Under the pieces are notes generated by a model. The model saw nothing but the letters and a program-made list of their open reading frames with translations. It made no database searches and was not told the DNA's origin. 64,000 nt of DNA from positions 5,882 through 69,881 of the forward strand of contig DDBO01000164.1 in the NCBI GenBank assembly GCA_002332755.1. Reading direction: 5' to 3'. The DNA comes from Bacteroidales bacterium UBA2030. GTDB lineage: Bacteria > Bacteroidota > Bacteroidia > Bacteroidales > TTA-H9. Position numbers and translations under genes: made by a program. Within the stretch, counting starts at the first letter, position 1, and each line of letters starts with the position of its first letter. Of this stretch, positions 1 through 11,195 are shown piece by piece.

Positions 1-375
1 CCTGCGGCATCGTATTTTACTGAAGAACAATTACAACGTGCCTGGCGCCTGTTTCTGGAAAACCTCACCGAGGAAGATAAAAACCTGGCCATATCTCTTA
101 AAGCTGCCAATATAAGAAAAGCATCAGAAGACACAATCGAGTTTGAGGCAATACACAGCCTTCTCGAAAAAGACCTCAACGATAACAGGCAGCGGATTTT
201 GAGTCATCTGAAAGAGCACCTCAATACCGGCCGGCTCAAAATGGTAATAACTATCAGCAATGATGAAACTGTCCAAGTAGCCTATACCCCAAAAGAGAAA
301 ATTCAGCAAATCGCTCAATCCTGGCCCAATGTGGCTGAATTTATAGAAAAATTGAACCTGGAAGTCAAACTTTAG
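1..375 (+). CDS. 3' end of a gene running off the left edge; C-terminal region reminiscent of Bacteroidota DNA polymerase III gamma/tau (DnaX)
   Basis: Frame 1 is open from base 1 to TAG at 373-375 (PAASYFTEEQLQRAWRLF...YTPKEKIQQIAQSWPNVAEFIEKLNLEVKL*). It is missing from the ORF track because it has no start codon in the window. The family call is from memory of DnaX C-termini, not a search. Confidence 0.4.
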   Translation, partial: PAASYFTEEQLQRAWRLFLENLTEEDKNLAISLKAANIRKASEDTIEFEAIHSLLEKDLNDNRQRILSHLKEHLNTGRLKMVITISNDETVQVAYTPKEKIQQIAQSWPNVAEFIEKLNLEVKL

Positions 376-547
376 TCGTATTCAAAATTCAAAGATACCC
401 TTGTAGCAAGGAATTTTCCGTTTTGAAAAAATCCCCTTTTCAAATCGAAAACCCAAACCTTTTGCATCAAAGTGAGGCTTCTTTACAACTAAAAACGAAA
501 AGCTTGCACCATCATCAATTTAAAATTTTTATTTTGATTATGATTTT

Positions 548-562
548 TGGCACAATTATTGT
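548..562 (+). promoter_or_regulatory. sigma-54-like -24/-12 element (TGGCAC-N5-TTGT)
   Basis: TGGCACaattaTTGT has consensus TGGCAC-N5-TTGC spacing with a C->T change at the -12 GC. It lies in the non-coding gap between convergent genes, about 55 nt upstream of the terminator at 618-644. Confidence 0.3.
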
Positions 563-572
563 TTATGATAAG

Positions 573-644
573 AGGTTTTGGTTAACATTCATTGGATTTT
601 GGTTAGTGATGAAGGTGCAGGCTACTGAGGTAGCCTGTTTTTTT
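573..644 (+). ncRNA. candidate ~70-nt small RNA, bounded by the sigma-54-like element and an intrinsic terminator
   Basis: No plausible ORF fits here, because the only open frame runs through the terminator into the antisense gene. It contains a direct repeat TTTTGGTTA at 576-584 and 597-605 and ends in the hairpin plus T7 at 618-644. The 5' end is inferred, not observed. Confidence 0.2.
618..644 (+). terminator. rho-independent terminator
   Basis: Stem caggctac (618-625) pairs with gtagcctg (630-637) around loop tgag, followed by T7 (638-644). Confidence 0.7.
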
Positions 645-673
645 ATACAGGCCCCCAGAAAGGGTAAAAAGGG

Positions 674-1255
674 TCATTCCTCATTGTCCCAGGGTATGCT
701 GGCAAAACCAGCAAACTGCCCATACCATTCTTCCATGAGCACACCGTTGGCATAAGTTGCCTTATATCTTACCGAGCCATCAGGAAAAAGCAACCTCCAT
801 TCTCCATCCATCCGACCGTTACGAAAGAATCCTTCAACTACCCGTTGTCCATACCGGTTGAAACGAATATAAACGCCCTCTTTTACCCCTTTCGCATAAA
901 AGCTCACTTCTTTAACTTTTCCATTGTTATAATACACTGCAGCTCTACCCTGTGGTAATCCTTCCGAAAACTCAACCATGGCCTTCAGTTTTTTAAGCTT
1001 ATTGTAGTATAAGGCAATACCTGTGTATGGGCGACCATCCAGCGTGGTATAACGTTGACTGGCTTTATCAAAACTTATTCGATGATTGCCTTTTTGAATA
1101 AAGTTGTCGGCCATAGTCCCTTTATATCCCGGCTGAGCCACTATTTCAGCCGCCATGGTTCTGTAATCAAATTTCTGAGGCTTTAAAAAAAAGGCGTAAA
1201 CGCTCAAAGCCAGTGATAAAAGAAATAATATCCAAAGGAATAATCTTGTTTTCAT
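674..1255 (-). CDS. secreted or membrane-anchored MORN-variant (YwqK-like) repeat protein
   Basis: 193-aa ORF with ATG at 1253-1255. It has a hydrophobic N-terminus (MKTRLFLWILFLLSLALSVYA) and repeated units of the G-x-G-x-Y-Y-x-N-G / F-x-x-G-x-x-x-G-x-W type (AVYYNNGKVKEVSFYAKGVKEGVYIRF..., FFRNGRMDGEWRLLFPDGS). Confidence 0.55.
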   Translation of the reverse strand: MKTRLFLWILFLLSLALSVYAFFLKPQKFDYRTMAAEIVAQPGYKGTMADNFIQKGNHRISFDKASQRYTTLDGRPYTGIALYYNKLKKLKAMVEFSEGLPQGRAAVYYNNGKVKEVSFYAKGVKEGVYIRFNRYGQRVVEGFFRNGRMDGEWRLLFPDGSVRYKATYANGVLMEEWYGQFAGFASIPWDNEE

Positions 1256-1351
1256 TTCAACATCAGCTTTGGTTCAAAGGTAATAAATAAAAGACACCTA
1301 TATGTTTTTCAATAGTTTTCTTTAGCAATATCTCTAACTTTGAATAGATAT

Positions 1352-1378
1352 AAAAAAAGAGCCGAGTGTCTCTCGGCC
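1352..1378 (-). terminator. rho-independent terminator after the M16 peptidase gene
   Basis: On the minus strand, stem gccgag/ctcggc (1361-1366 / 1372-1377) is followed by a T7 run (plus-strand A-run 1352-1358). Confidence 0.65.
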
Positions 1379-1403
1379 CTTGAAAATTTAGCTAATCGGC
1401 AAG

Positions 1404-4247
1404 TTATTTTTTAAGCATCGGATTTTTTACCGATTTACTGAGATCTGAAGGCAAAAGAGTAATAATAATGAGGTTATCGCCATTAAAGTAGCGTGCAGCA
1501 GCTTCCTTAACCATTTCAGGGGTCACAGCACTTACTAATCCGGGATAATTCATAAAATCACCCAAATTGTCGCCATTAAAATCGGCGTTAGCCAGATTGC
1601 TCATCCAGAAGTTGTTTTCCTCAAGGCTTTCCTTCCAGGTTTTGAGTTTGTTTTCTTTAAAATTTCTCACCTGGTCATCTTTAGGGCCATCCGTTCTCAA
1701 AACCTGAATCTCGCGCAGAACAATTTGGGTAAGACGTTCAGCATTTTCAGGGTCGCAATCAAATTGAACAGTAAGGACATAATTGCCTTTAGGGAGCTTA
1801 TTGGTTTGAACCCTAACCCCTGCACCATAGGTACCACCTTCTTCTTCACGGATGGTTTCCACATAACGGAAACTTAAGATGTCGCTGATAGCCTGCATGG
1901 TTACCCGGTCTTGCGGATTGTATTCAAATTCGCCAGATAAAGCGACAAACACGGTTGCTTTGGGGTCTTCCATGTCTCTTATTACAGTTTTTCTGACAAC
2001 ACCTTTGGGTGGCATTATTCCCAAATCTCTCCACGACTCCGCTCTATTCTGTTTAGGAAGTGAGCCAAGGTATTTCTCAACGAGGGGTTTGAGTTCTTCC
2101 GGTTTAAAGGCTCCCACAAAGAAGAAGGTAAATCCATCGGCATCGGCAAAGCGTTCTTTAAAAATCTTTTTCATGATCTCAGGATTAATTTCCTGCAAAC
2201 GATTCACCGTCATTGGTTTGCGATAAGGGCTGTAATTAGAAAGCACCACATTGATGGTATCTCTGAGAGCATTCACCGGGTTGAGGCTGGCATTCTCCAA
2301 AACTCCTTTCATACGGCTCAAAAAGGCCCCGAAAGTATTATCATCGAATCGAGAGCGAGTAAAATAAAGATGCGTTAATTGTAAAAGGGTTTCAATGTCT
2401 TTCTTTGAGGAACTCCCGTTGAATCCTTCTTGTAAATCGCGGATGTAGGGATTCAGATCGACAATTTTTCCGCTGAGGGCTTTTTCGAGCTGGGTGGGAT
2501 CGAAGTCTCCGAGACCGCTCTCGCCTATCACAGCTGCAGCATATTGGGCAGAAAGGGATTCATCGGGGCTGTATAGCGAAGAACCTCCCTTGCTTTGGGC
2601 AGCAAACAAAATTTCGTCGTCGCGGAATTGGGTGGGTTTGAGCACCACCTTTGCTCCATTGGAAAGCGTCCAGACAGTGACTCCAATCGTGGAAATTTCT
2701 TCAGTGTTTACCACCTTTCCGGCAGGAGGTAATTGCCCAAGGAGGGGTTTGTCGGCTACATTATCATTGTAGGGCTCAACAGGCTCTTTTTCAATTTTAT
2801 CGAGCAGGGCGAGCACTTCATCGCGGGTGGGATAAATCAATCCTTCCTTTTCGGGGCCGCCAATGGCCAACACACGGTTTCTATCGGTAATCCAACGTGC
2901 AGGCAATTCGTTCATTTCTTTAAGGGAAATTCCGGGCAGAACAGCCGATGCAAATTGGAACATAAAATCAGGTCCTGGAATGGGTTCATCATTTAGAAAA
3001 TGTCCAAAATAATTCCATACCAATTGGTCAGATTTGCGTTTATTCTTTTCCTTAAATTGGTTTTCATACCCTTTCAGTACCTCCTGTTTGGCACGTTCTA
3101 ATTCGCCGGGAGTGAAGCCATGGCGGAGCAGCCTTTCATTTTCGCGAAGTAAGGCTTCGAGTGCTCGCATGCTTTCGCCCGCCCGGGCAATGGCAAACGA
3201 CATGTAGGCGTCCTTAGATTTTACAAGGTTACCATAAGAGTTGTATCCATACACAAAAGGAGGATTGGCCTGGCGCTGTAGCTCGGCAAACCGGGCATTC
3301 ATCATCTGGTTAAACAGTTCTGTCTTAAGCTGTTCACGCAGGTATTTTTGGTTGCGTTCGAAATCAGGATTGTGTTTATAAATAACCCTCACCATCGTAT
3401 ATTGAGCCTCTTTATCAGTCTCAATACTTACCAGGGTTTTGTCATGGTCGGGAACAGGCTCTATCTCCCTTTTTCTCGGCTGGCTTGGATTTTGCAATTG
3501 ATTGAAAAGCACCTGAATTTTGGCTTCAATAACCTGTGGATCGAAATCGCCTACAGCAACAACGGCCTGCAATTGCGGACGATACCAGTCTTTATAAAAA
3601 CGGATAAGGGCTTCGTGAGGAAAATTATCAATGATATTAATGTCACCAATTACATCATGCTCGGCATATTTGGAGCCTTGCAGGATAACTTTATTCATCT
3701 TTTTATTCAGTCGCTCCATGGCTCCACGACCTGTGCGCCATTCCTCGTGAATAACTCCCCGCTCGGCATCAATCTCTTCGGGTTCGTAACTTACTTTGCC
3801 TGCCCAATCGAAAAGGATGAGCAAGGCCGAGTCAATATTTGATTCAGGATGAACCGGCACTTTCTGAAGCATATATGCTGTTACATCATGGCTTGTAAAA
3901 GCATTGATTTCGGGGCCAAATTTCATACCTATCGATTGCAGATAGTTGATTATCTGGTGCTTTTTGAAATGCTCTGTGCCATTAAAAGCCATATGCTCAC
4001 AAAAATGCGCCAAGCCATTCTGATCAGGGTCTTCCTGGATGGCGCCTGCATTTAGAATGAGATAAAATTCAGCTCTCTCGGCCGGCTGTGCATTGCGATG
4101 GATGTAATAAGTCAAGCCGTTGCTAAGTTTTCCAATCTTTACTTCCGGATCAACAGGAATATTTGCCTCCGGTTGGTAATTTACCTGTGCACGCATGCTG
4201 GTAAAAGCCAGCAGCACTCCCATTAAAAACAAGTACCTGAATTTCAT
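1404..4247 (-). CDS. M16 (pitrilysin/insulinase) family zinc metallopeptidase, secreted
   Basis: It has the HFCEH (HxxEH) inverted zinc motif and a ~950-aa two-half architecture. The start was moved from the track start (4319) to ATG 4245-4247, which gives the signal peptide MKFRYLFLMGVLLAFTSMRAQ. Confidence 0.85.
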   Translation of the reverse strand: MKFRYLFLMGVLLAFTSMRAQVNYQPEANIPVDPEVKIGKLSNGLTYYIHRNAQPAERAEFYLILNAGAIQEDPDQNGLAHFCEHMAFNGTEHFKKHQIINYLQSIGMKFGPEINAFTSHDVTAYMLQKVPVHPESNIDSALLILFDWAGKVSYEPEEIDAERGVIHEEWRTGRGAMERLNKKMNKVILQGSKYAEHDVIGDINIIDNFPHEALIRFYKDWYRPQLQAVVAVGDFDPQVIEAKIQVLFNQLQNPSQPRKREIEPVPDHDKTLVSIETDKEAQYTMVRVIYKHNPDFERNQKYLREQLKTELFNQMMNARFAELQRQANPPFVYGYNSYGNLVKSKDAYMSFAIARAGESMRALEALLRENERLLRHGFTPGELERAKQEVLKGYENQFKEKNKRKSDQLVWNYFGHFLNDEPIPGPDFMFQFASAVLPGISLKEMNELPARWITDRNRVLAIGGPEKEGLIYPTRDEVLALLDKIEKEPVEPYNDNVADKPLLGQLPPAGKVVNTEEISTIGVTVWTLSNGAKVVLKPTQFRDDEILFAAQSKGGSSLYSPDESLSAQYAAAVIGESGLGDFDPTQLEKALSGKIVDLNPYIRDLQEGFNGSSSKKDIETLLQLTHLYFTRSRFDDNTFGAFLSRMKGVLENASLNPVNALRDTINVVLSNYSPYRKPMTVNRLQEINPEIMKKIFKERFADADGFTFFFVGAFKPEELKPLVEKYLGSLPKQNRAESWRDLGIMPPKGVVRKTVIRDMEDPKATVFVALSGEFEYNPQDRVTMQAISDILSFRYVETIREEEGGTYGAGVRVQTNKLPKGNYVLTVQFDCDPENAERLTQIVLREIQVLRTDGPKDDQVRNFKENKLKTWKESLEENNFWMSNLANADFNGDNLGDFMNYPGLVSAVTPEMVKEAAARYFNGDNLIIITLLPSDLSKSVKNPMLKK

Positions 4248-4316
4248 GTTAATTAATTTTGAGATTGTAGAAATTAAATTGTTTAAACTTGTTTGTGTCA
4301 AACTATGCTTTTGGGG

Positions 4317-4324
4317 CAAAAGTA
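4317..4324 (-). promoter_or_regulatory. Bacteroidota -7 box TAnnTTTG (TActTTTG) upstream of the M16 peptidase
   Basis: Perfect TAnnTTTG on the minus strand, 70 nt upstream of the ATG at 4247. Confidence 0.45.
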
Positions 4325-4424
4325 ATTGTATTCATTGAATATATGAAACTCCGTGCCTTACATGGTTTAACATGAAAAATACGCAATTTAAAACAAGAAT
4401 AAATCATTCATTTTCAATATTTAA

Positions 4425-6488
<2,064 letters not shown>

Positions 6489-6542
6489 TATTGACCCGGG
6501 AGTAGATTGAATTCAATGGACAGTTTAGATCTAAATACTTGG

Positions 6543-6572
6543 TTAAGACGGTTTGTGCCGTCTTAATTTTTT
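6543..6572 (+). terminator. rho-independent terminator after gyrB
   Basis: Stem ttaagacgg pairs with ccgtcttaa around loop tttgtg, followed by T6. Confidence 0.75.
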
Positions 6573-6658
6573 CTGGCCTTTTCGATCTATTTAATATCCT
6601 TTTGGTCAATTTGCAAAACATCAAACCATATTATTTTTCTCAAAAGCAAGATTTACCG

Positions 6659-6666
6659 TACTTTTG
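6659..6666 (+). promoter_or_regulatory. -7 box TActTTTG upstream of asnS
   Basis: Perfect TAnnTTTG, 30 nt upstream of ATG 6696. Confidence 0.55.
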
Positions 6667-6695
6667 CGCTTTGTTTCGCAAACAGCAACGAAACC

Positions 6696-8084
6696 ATGAA
6701 AAGATCGAAAATTATTGACCTTCTGCGTAGCGGAGAAACTGGTCGTGAAGTTACCGTCATGGGTTGGGTAAGAACCCGCCGGGGAAATAAAAATGTGGCT
6801 TTTATCGCCCTAAACGATGGATCGATCATTCACAACATACAAATTGTTGCCGACCTCCAATTCTTTGAAGAAGAACTGATTAAAAAGGTTACCACCGGTT
6901 CGGCCCTTAAGGTTACCGGAATGTTGGTAGAATCGCCGGCACAAGGACAACCTGTTGAAATACAAGCAAAAGAAATTGAGATTTTAGGCGAAGCCAATCC
7001 AGAGGCTTATCCACTCCAAAAAAAGGGGCACAGTCTTGAATTTCTCAGAAGCATTGCCCACCTTCGACCACGAACCAATACCTTTGGGGCAGTTCTTCGC
7101 ATCAGGCATGCCCTGGCTTTTGCCATTCACAAATTTTTCAACGAAAAAGGATTTGTTTATCTGCACACACCCATCATCACCGCCTCCGATGCTGAAGGCG
7201 CAGGAGCCATGTTCAGGGTTACCACCCTCGATATTTCCAATCCTCCTCGTTTACCCGACGGAAGCGTAGATTTTTCACAAGATTTCTTTGGACGCGAAAC
7301 CAACCTCACAGTATCAGGTCAGCTGGAAGCAGAATTAGGAGCTCTGGCCTTATCGCTGGTATATACGTTTGGCCCAACCTTTCGTGCCGAAAATTCAAAT
7401 ACTCCGCGTCACCTGGCCGAATTTTGGATGATAGAACCCGAAATGGCCTTTTACGATATCCACGACGACATGGACCTCGCGGAAGAATTTCTGAAATACC
7501 TGATATCCTATGCCCTCGAGCACTGCCCCGATGACCTAAAATTCCTGAACGACATGTACGATAAAGAACTTATAGAGCGTCTTCAGGATGTAATTAATGG
7601 CGCATTTATCCGCCTGACTTACACCGAAGCCATTCAGATTTTGAAGGATAGTGGGCAGAAATTTGAATTCCCGGTAGAGTGGGGTTGCGACCTCCAGGCT
7701 GAACACGAACGTTATCTGGTTGAAAAACACTTTAAAAGACCGGTAATCCTGACTGATTATCCCAAAGAGATTAAAGCATTTTACATGAAACAAAATGAGG
7801 ATGGAAAAACAGTCAGAGCCATGGATGTGCTCTTCCCCCGAATCGGCGAAATTATTGGAGGTTCTCAGCGTGAAGAAAATTTCGATACACTATACAGACG
7901 TATCAAAGAATTGAATATGAATGAAGATACCCTATGGTGGTATCTCGATACCCGTCGCTTTGGTACCGTGCCCCATGCTGGATTTGGCCTGGGCTTCGAA
8001 CGTCTCGTACTCTTCGTTACCGGCATGACTAACATTCGAGATGTAATTCCCTTCCCAAGAACACCACAAAACGCTGAATTTTAA
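6696..8084 (+). CDS. asnS: asparagine--tRNA ligase
   Basis: 462 aa with an N-terminal OB fold plus class II core motifs ([30 protein letters not shown]). Confidence 0.95.
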   Translation: MKRSKIIDLLRSGETGREVTVMGWVRTRRGNKNVAFIALNDGSIIHNIQIVADLQFFEEELIKKVTTGSALKVTGMLVESPAQGQPVEIQAKEIEILGEANPEAYPLQKKGHSLEFLRSIAHLRPRTNTFGAVLRIRHALAFAIHKFFNEKGFVYLHTPIITASDAEGAGAMFRVTTLDISNPPRLPDGSVDFSQDFFGRETNLTVSGQLEAELGALALSLVYTFGPTFRAENSNTPRHLAEFWMIEPEMAFYDIHDDMDLAEEFLKYLISYALEHCPDDLKFLNDMYDKELIERLQDVINGAFIRLTYTEAIQILKDSGQKFEFPVEWGCDLQAEHERYLVEKHFKRPVILTDYPKEIKAFYMKQNEDGKTVRAMDVLFPRIGEIIGGSQREENFDTLYRRIKELNMNEDTLWWYLDTRRFGTVPHAGFGLGFERLVLFVTGMTNIRDVIPFPRTPQNAEF

Positions 8085-8107
8085 TAGTTTGAAATAAAAT
8101 TAGAAAC

Positions 8108-8145
8108 AAAGGCTGCCATCGATTTGGCAGCCTTTAAGTTTTATT
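8108..8145 (+). terminator. probable terminator after asnS
   Basis: Stem aaggctgcc pairs with ggcagcctt around loop atcgattt. The following T-run is interrupted (taagtttta). Confidence 0.5.
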
Positions 8146-8170
8146 AACAATTATTGTGCCTAAATTTTCT

Positions 8171-8178
8171 TACCTTTG
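8171..8178 (+). promoter_or_regulatory. -7 box TAccTTTG upstream of rpoN
   Basis: Perfect TAnnTTTG, 77 nt upstream of ATG 8255. Confidence 0.45.
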
Positions 8179-8254
8179 TTCTTTCAGGATCGACCATGAC
8201 CTCCATCGGGATGAACATGAGGAATCCTGCTAACCAATTCTATTCAGGCATTTT

Positions 8255-9769
8255 ATGCTCAATCAGAAACTACAACAAAAACTCCTGCAAAAGCTATCCC
8301 CGCAGCAGATTTTACTAATGAAACTGCTGCAGGTGCCCACCCTTGCCCTGGAACAACGTATTAAACAAGAAATAGAAGAAAATCCGGCACTCGAAGAGGT
8401 AGCCGATGGCCTTGATGATGAGTACGACCAAAATGATGAAATGACTTATGAAGGTCAAGACTCAGATACATTAGGCGAAGAACATGAAGAAGAAGGTTTT
8501 GAAGAGGAAGAACCCGTTTTCGATCAATCAGAAGAATTTGATATTGAAGATTACATGAGCGATGACGACCTCGATTCTTATCGCTATCAGATAAACAATA
8601 CCAGTGCTGACGACGAAGAGAAAGAAATTCCTTTTGCGGCTACCACAACTTTTCACGAAAACCTCATACAGCAATTAGGGCTTCGCATAACTGACCCGCG
8701 TAAACTGCAGATAGCCACTCACATGGTAGGCAATCTTGATGACTCGGGCTACCTAACACGGCAACTGGAAGCCATGGTTGATGAACTGGCATTTCTGCAA
8801 AATATCGATACCAATGTTAAAGAGCTGGAAGAGGTTCTTTCGATAATACAAGAGCTCGACCCACCCGGGGTAGGCGCTCGCACTCTTCGGGAATGTTTGC
8901 TGATACAACTCAGGCGCAAGCCGGAAACTGAAAGTGTGAGACTGGCCATTTATATCCTCGAACGCTGCTTTGATGAATTTTCGAAAAAGCATTATCACAA
9001 AATCCTTAAAAAAGCCCATACTACTGAAAAAAAACTCAAAGATGCCATTGATGAAATTTTAAAATTGAATCCCAAACCTGGTGGATCGTTGGCCGAAACT
9101 TCCAGGGAAAACCAATACGTTGTGCCTGATTTCTTTATTTATAATAATGACGGAGAACTTGAATTGGTTCTTAACTCGCGCAATATGCCCGAACTTCGGG
9201 TTAATAAAGAATACACCGAAATGTTAGAGACATTCTCTGAGGCAAGGGCAAGGAAGGCGAATCAGGCCCAGCGCGAAGCCATAACCTTTATCAAACAAAA
9301 AGTCGACTCAGCCCGGTGGTTTATCGATGCTTTACGTCAGCGCCAAAACACGCTGTATATTGTAATGAAAGCCATCATGGAGCATCAGCGAGAGTTTTTT
9401 CTGACAGGTGATGAAACCCGACTGAAACCCATGATTCTCAAAGATATTGCAGAGAAGGTTGGCCTCGATATTTCCACTGTTTCCCGCGTAGCCAACAGCA
9501 AATATGTCCAGACCCCCTATGGTACCTATCTGCTAAAATATTTCTTCTCAGAATCACTGCAAAACACTGAAGGGGAAGAAGTCTCTACCCGTGAGGTTAA
9601 GAAAATTCTGGAAGAGCTGATTGAAAATGAGGACAAAAAAAATCCGCTCACTGACGAAGAGTTGATGGATAAACTCAAGGAGAAAGGTTACATTATCGCC
9701 CGACGAACTGTTGCCAAATACCGTGAACAATTAGGTATTCCTGTGGCTCGCATGCGTAAAGAACTCTAA
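8255..9769 (+). CDS. rpoN: RNA polymerase sigma-54 factor
   Basis: It has a Gln/Leu-rich region I (MLNQKLQQKLLQKLSPQQILLMKLLQ), an acidic region II, and the C-terminal RpoN box (ARRTVAKYRE). Confidence 0.95.
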   Translation: MLNQKLQQKLLQKLSPQQILLMKLLQVPTLALEQRIKQEIEENPALEEVADGLDDEYDQNDEMTYEGQDSDTLGEEHEEEGFEEEEPVFDQSEEFDIEDYMSDDDLDSYRYQINNTSADDEEKEIPFAATTTFHENLIQQLGLRITDPRKLQIATHMVGNLDDSGYLTRQLEAMVDELAFLQNIDTNVKELEEVLSIIQELDPPGVGARTLRECLLIQLRRKPETESVRLAIYILERCFDEFSKKHYHKILKKAHTTEKKLKDAIDEILKLNPKPGGSLAETSRENQYVVPDFFIYNNDGELELVLNSRNMPELRVNKEYTEMLETFSEARARKANQAQREAITFIKQKVDSARWFIDALRQRQNTLYIVMKAIMEHQREFFLTGDETRLKPMILKDIAEKVGLDISTVSRVANSKYVQTPYGTYLLKYFFSESLQNTEGEEVSTREVKKILEELIENEDKKNPLTDEELMDKLKEKGYIIARRTVAKYREQLGIPVARMRKEL

Positions 9770-9780
9770 ACCGGGGAGCA

Positions 9781-10401
9781 ATGAAAGACTTCTTTGCCCG
9801 CTTGCTGAGTACTCTTTTGCATCCTTTACTCATGCCCTCCTACTCCATTCTTACACTTTGGTTTGGGCCTTTTGAAAAGATGAAAAACCTCATGGGCACA
9901 GATAACCTGCCTGCCATAATTGGATGGATGTTTCTTTTCTCGGCTATAATTCCCGTGATTTTACTAATTACACTCAAGTGGGCTGGAATCATCAATTCTG
10001 TTACACTCAACAAGCGTCGCGATCGTAAATACCCACTTCTGGGAACCATGATATCGAATCTGGGCCTGTTCTGGACTTTTCATTACATGGGGTTTGGGTT
10101 AATTCTCAAGGTTATGGCCCTGGCATCGGCAACACTAATACTCATGTCATGGATCATCACCTTAAGCTGGAAAATCAGTATTCACATGGCTTCTCTGGGC
10201 GGTTATTTGGCCATGGTCGTTATGGGATTTTTAGCCGGTACCAAGCCCATTTTTCCTGCAATAGTGATAATGCTATTACTGTCGGGTTCATTGGGATGGG
10301 CAAGGGTTGAAAGAAAAGCACACAGCCCGGCACAGGTAATCGCCGGGCTGCTTTTAGGAATGTTTATCCTGGGTGCCTTTATGGCTCCTGTCGTCCTATA
10401 G
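9781..10401 (+). CDS. polytopic membrane protein, distant PAP2-like
   Basis: 206 aa with about 6 hydrophobic helices. SIHMASLGG and ARVERKAHSPAQVIAG loosely resemble PAP2 motifs C2/C3. It starts 11 nt after rpoN, so it is likely co-transcribed. Confidence 0.4.
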   Translation: MKDFFARLLSTLLHPLLMPSYSILTLWFGPFEKMKNLMGTDNLPAIIGWMFLFSAIIPVILLITLKWAGIINSVTLNKRRDRKYPLLGTMISNLGLFWTFHYMGFGLILKVMALASATLILMSWIITLSWKISIHMASLGGYLAMVVMGFLAGTKPIFPAIVIMLLLSGSLGWARVERKAHSPAQVIAGLLLGMFILGAFMAPVVL

Positions 10402-10402
10402 T

Positions 10403-11074
10403 TTAGAAAGGCATTATACTGATTCCTGCTGAAACCGGGAACATCTCGGGGCCCTGTTGATCTTTCCACGTGGGATTCAGGGTATACTGCCCAAATATAT
10501 TGAACCATTTGTAACCAATCCTGGCATAAACCACATACCGCCAAAAATTAACATACCTCACATCGTCTCTTTTTATGGTAACGTGGTAAGCATAGGTTTC
10601 AGGGTCTAAGCCCGAATATTTCGATTTATGATTAATCAGAAATCCTAACTTGATGCCTGCATAGTAGCGCCAATTGCTCTTCGCCCTGTATTTAAACTCA
10701 AGAGGGAAATCGAAATATGTAAGATTGATCTTGTATTTTGTGTGATGAAGAGTGTCGGGAATTTTCTCAAACACACTTACCTTGTCTACATCCTTTATCC
10801 ATGCATCCGTATAAAGATTGTGGGAACCAATACTAACCCCATATGAAAAATCAAAAAGACTTTCACCCATTTGATTGTTAACCAAAATGTTAACATTCGC
10901 CCCACGACTATACCACTTGGCATCTACCACTGTGGGCTGTTTGAGCCAAAAGTCCTTAAAAAAATCGAATCCGATAGAAAACTTACGGAAAGCACCAGGC
11001 TGGGTTTCCTGTGCGCCAGACTCATAAACGGTAGTCAGAAGAATAAGCAGCAAAAGAGGAATAAATCGTTTCAT
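10403..11074 (-). CDS. outer-membrane beta-barrel protein (porin-family-like)
   Basis: The start was moved to ATG 11072-11074, which gives the signal peptide MKRFIPLLLLILLTTVYESGAQ. The sequence has an alternating aromatic/hydrophilic pattern and a C-terminal ...ISIMPF (terminal Phe). Confidence 0.6.
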   Translation of the reverse strand: MKRFIPLLLLILLTTVYESGAQETQPGAFRKFSIGFDFFKDFWLKQPTVVDAKWYSRGANVNILVNNQMGESLFDFSYGVSIGSHNLYTDAWIKDVDKVSVFEKIPDTLHHTKYKINLTYFDFPLEFKYRAKSNWRYYAGIKLGFLINHKSKYSGLDPETYAYHVTIKRDDVRYVNFWRYVVYARIGYKWFNIFGQYTLNPTWKDQQGPEMFPVSAGISIMPF

Positions 11075-11098
11075 GATATTGCAGAATAATTGTGGCAA

Positions 11099-11106
11099 CA
11101 AAGGTA
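11099..11106 (-). promoter_or_regulatory. -7 box TAccTTTG for the 10403-11074 gene
   Basis: Minus strand aaaTTTGTAccTTTGttg, 25 nt upstream of the ATG. Confidence 0.55.
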
Positions 11107-11164
11107 CAAATTTCGGACCACGACATTTGCACATCTGTCTATAACACCGAATTAAGGCTTTTCG

Positions 11165-11172
11165 TATGTTTG
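11165..11172 (+). promoter_or_regulatory. -7 box TAtgTTTG for the Omp85-like gene
   Basis: Perfect TAnnTTTG, 24 nt upstream of ATG 11196. Confidence 0.55.
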
Positions 11173-11195
11173 CCTATGACAATAGTTTATTTAAC

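Noticed and set aside
423-755. A 110-aa track ORF lies in the gap after the left-edge gene.
   Set aside because: It runs straight through a strong terminator (618-644) and into the antisense strand of the 674-1255 gene. Its composition is low-complexity. The region is better explained as non-coding.
1879-3842. Several 90-170-aa ORFs are antisense to large genes, for example 1879-2226, 3348-3842, 29503-30021, 52290-52796 and 31378-32127.
   Set aside because: All lie fully inside strongly supported genes on the opposite strand and have biased, low-complexity translations typical of antisense frames.
8179-8254. The 77-nt rpoN leader has partial inverted repeats (caggat...atcctg, cctc/catc...gatg/gagg).
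   Set aside because: The stems are short and interrupted by bulges. I could not support a specific regulatory structure without covariation data.
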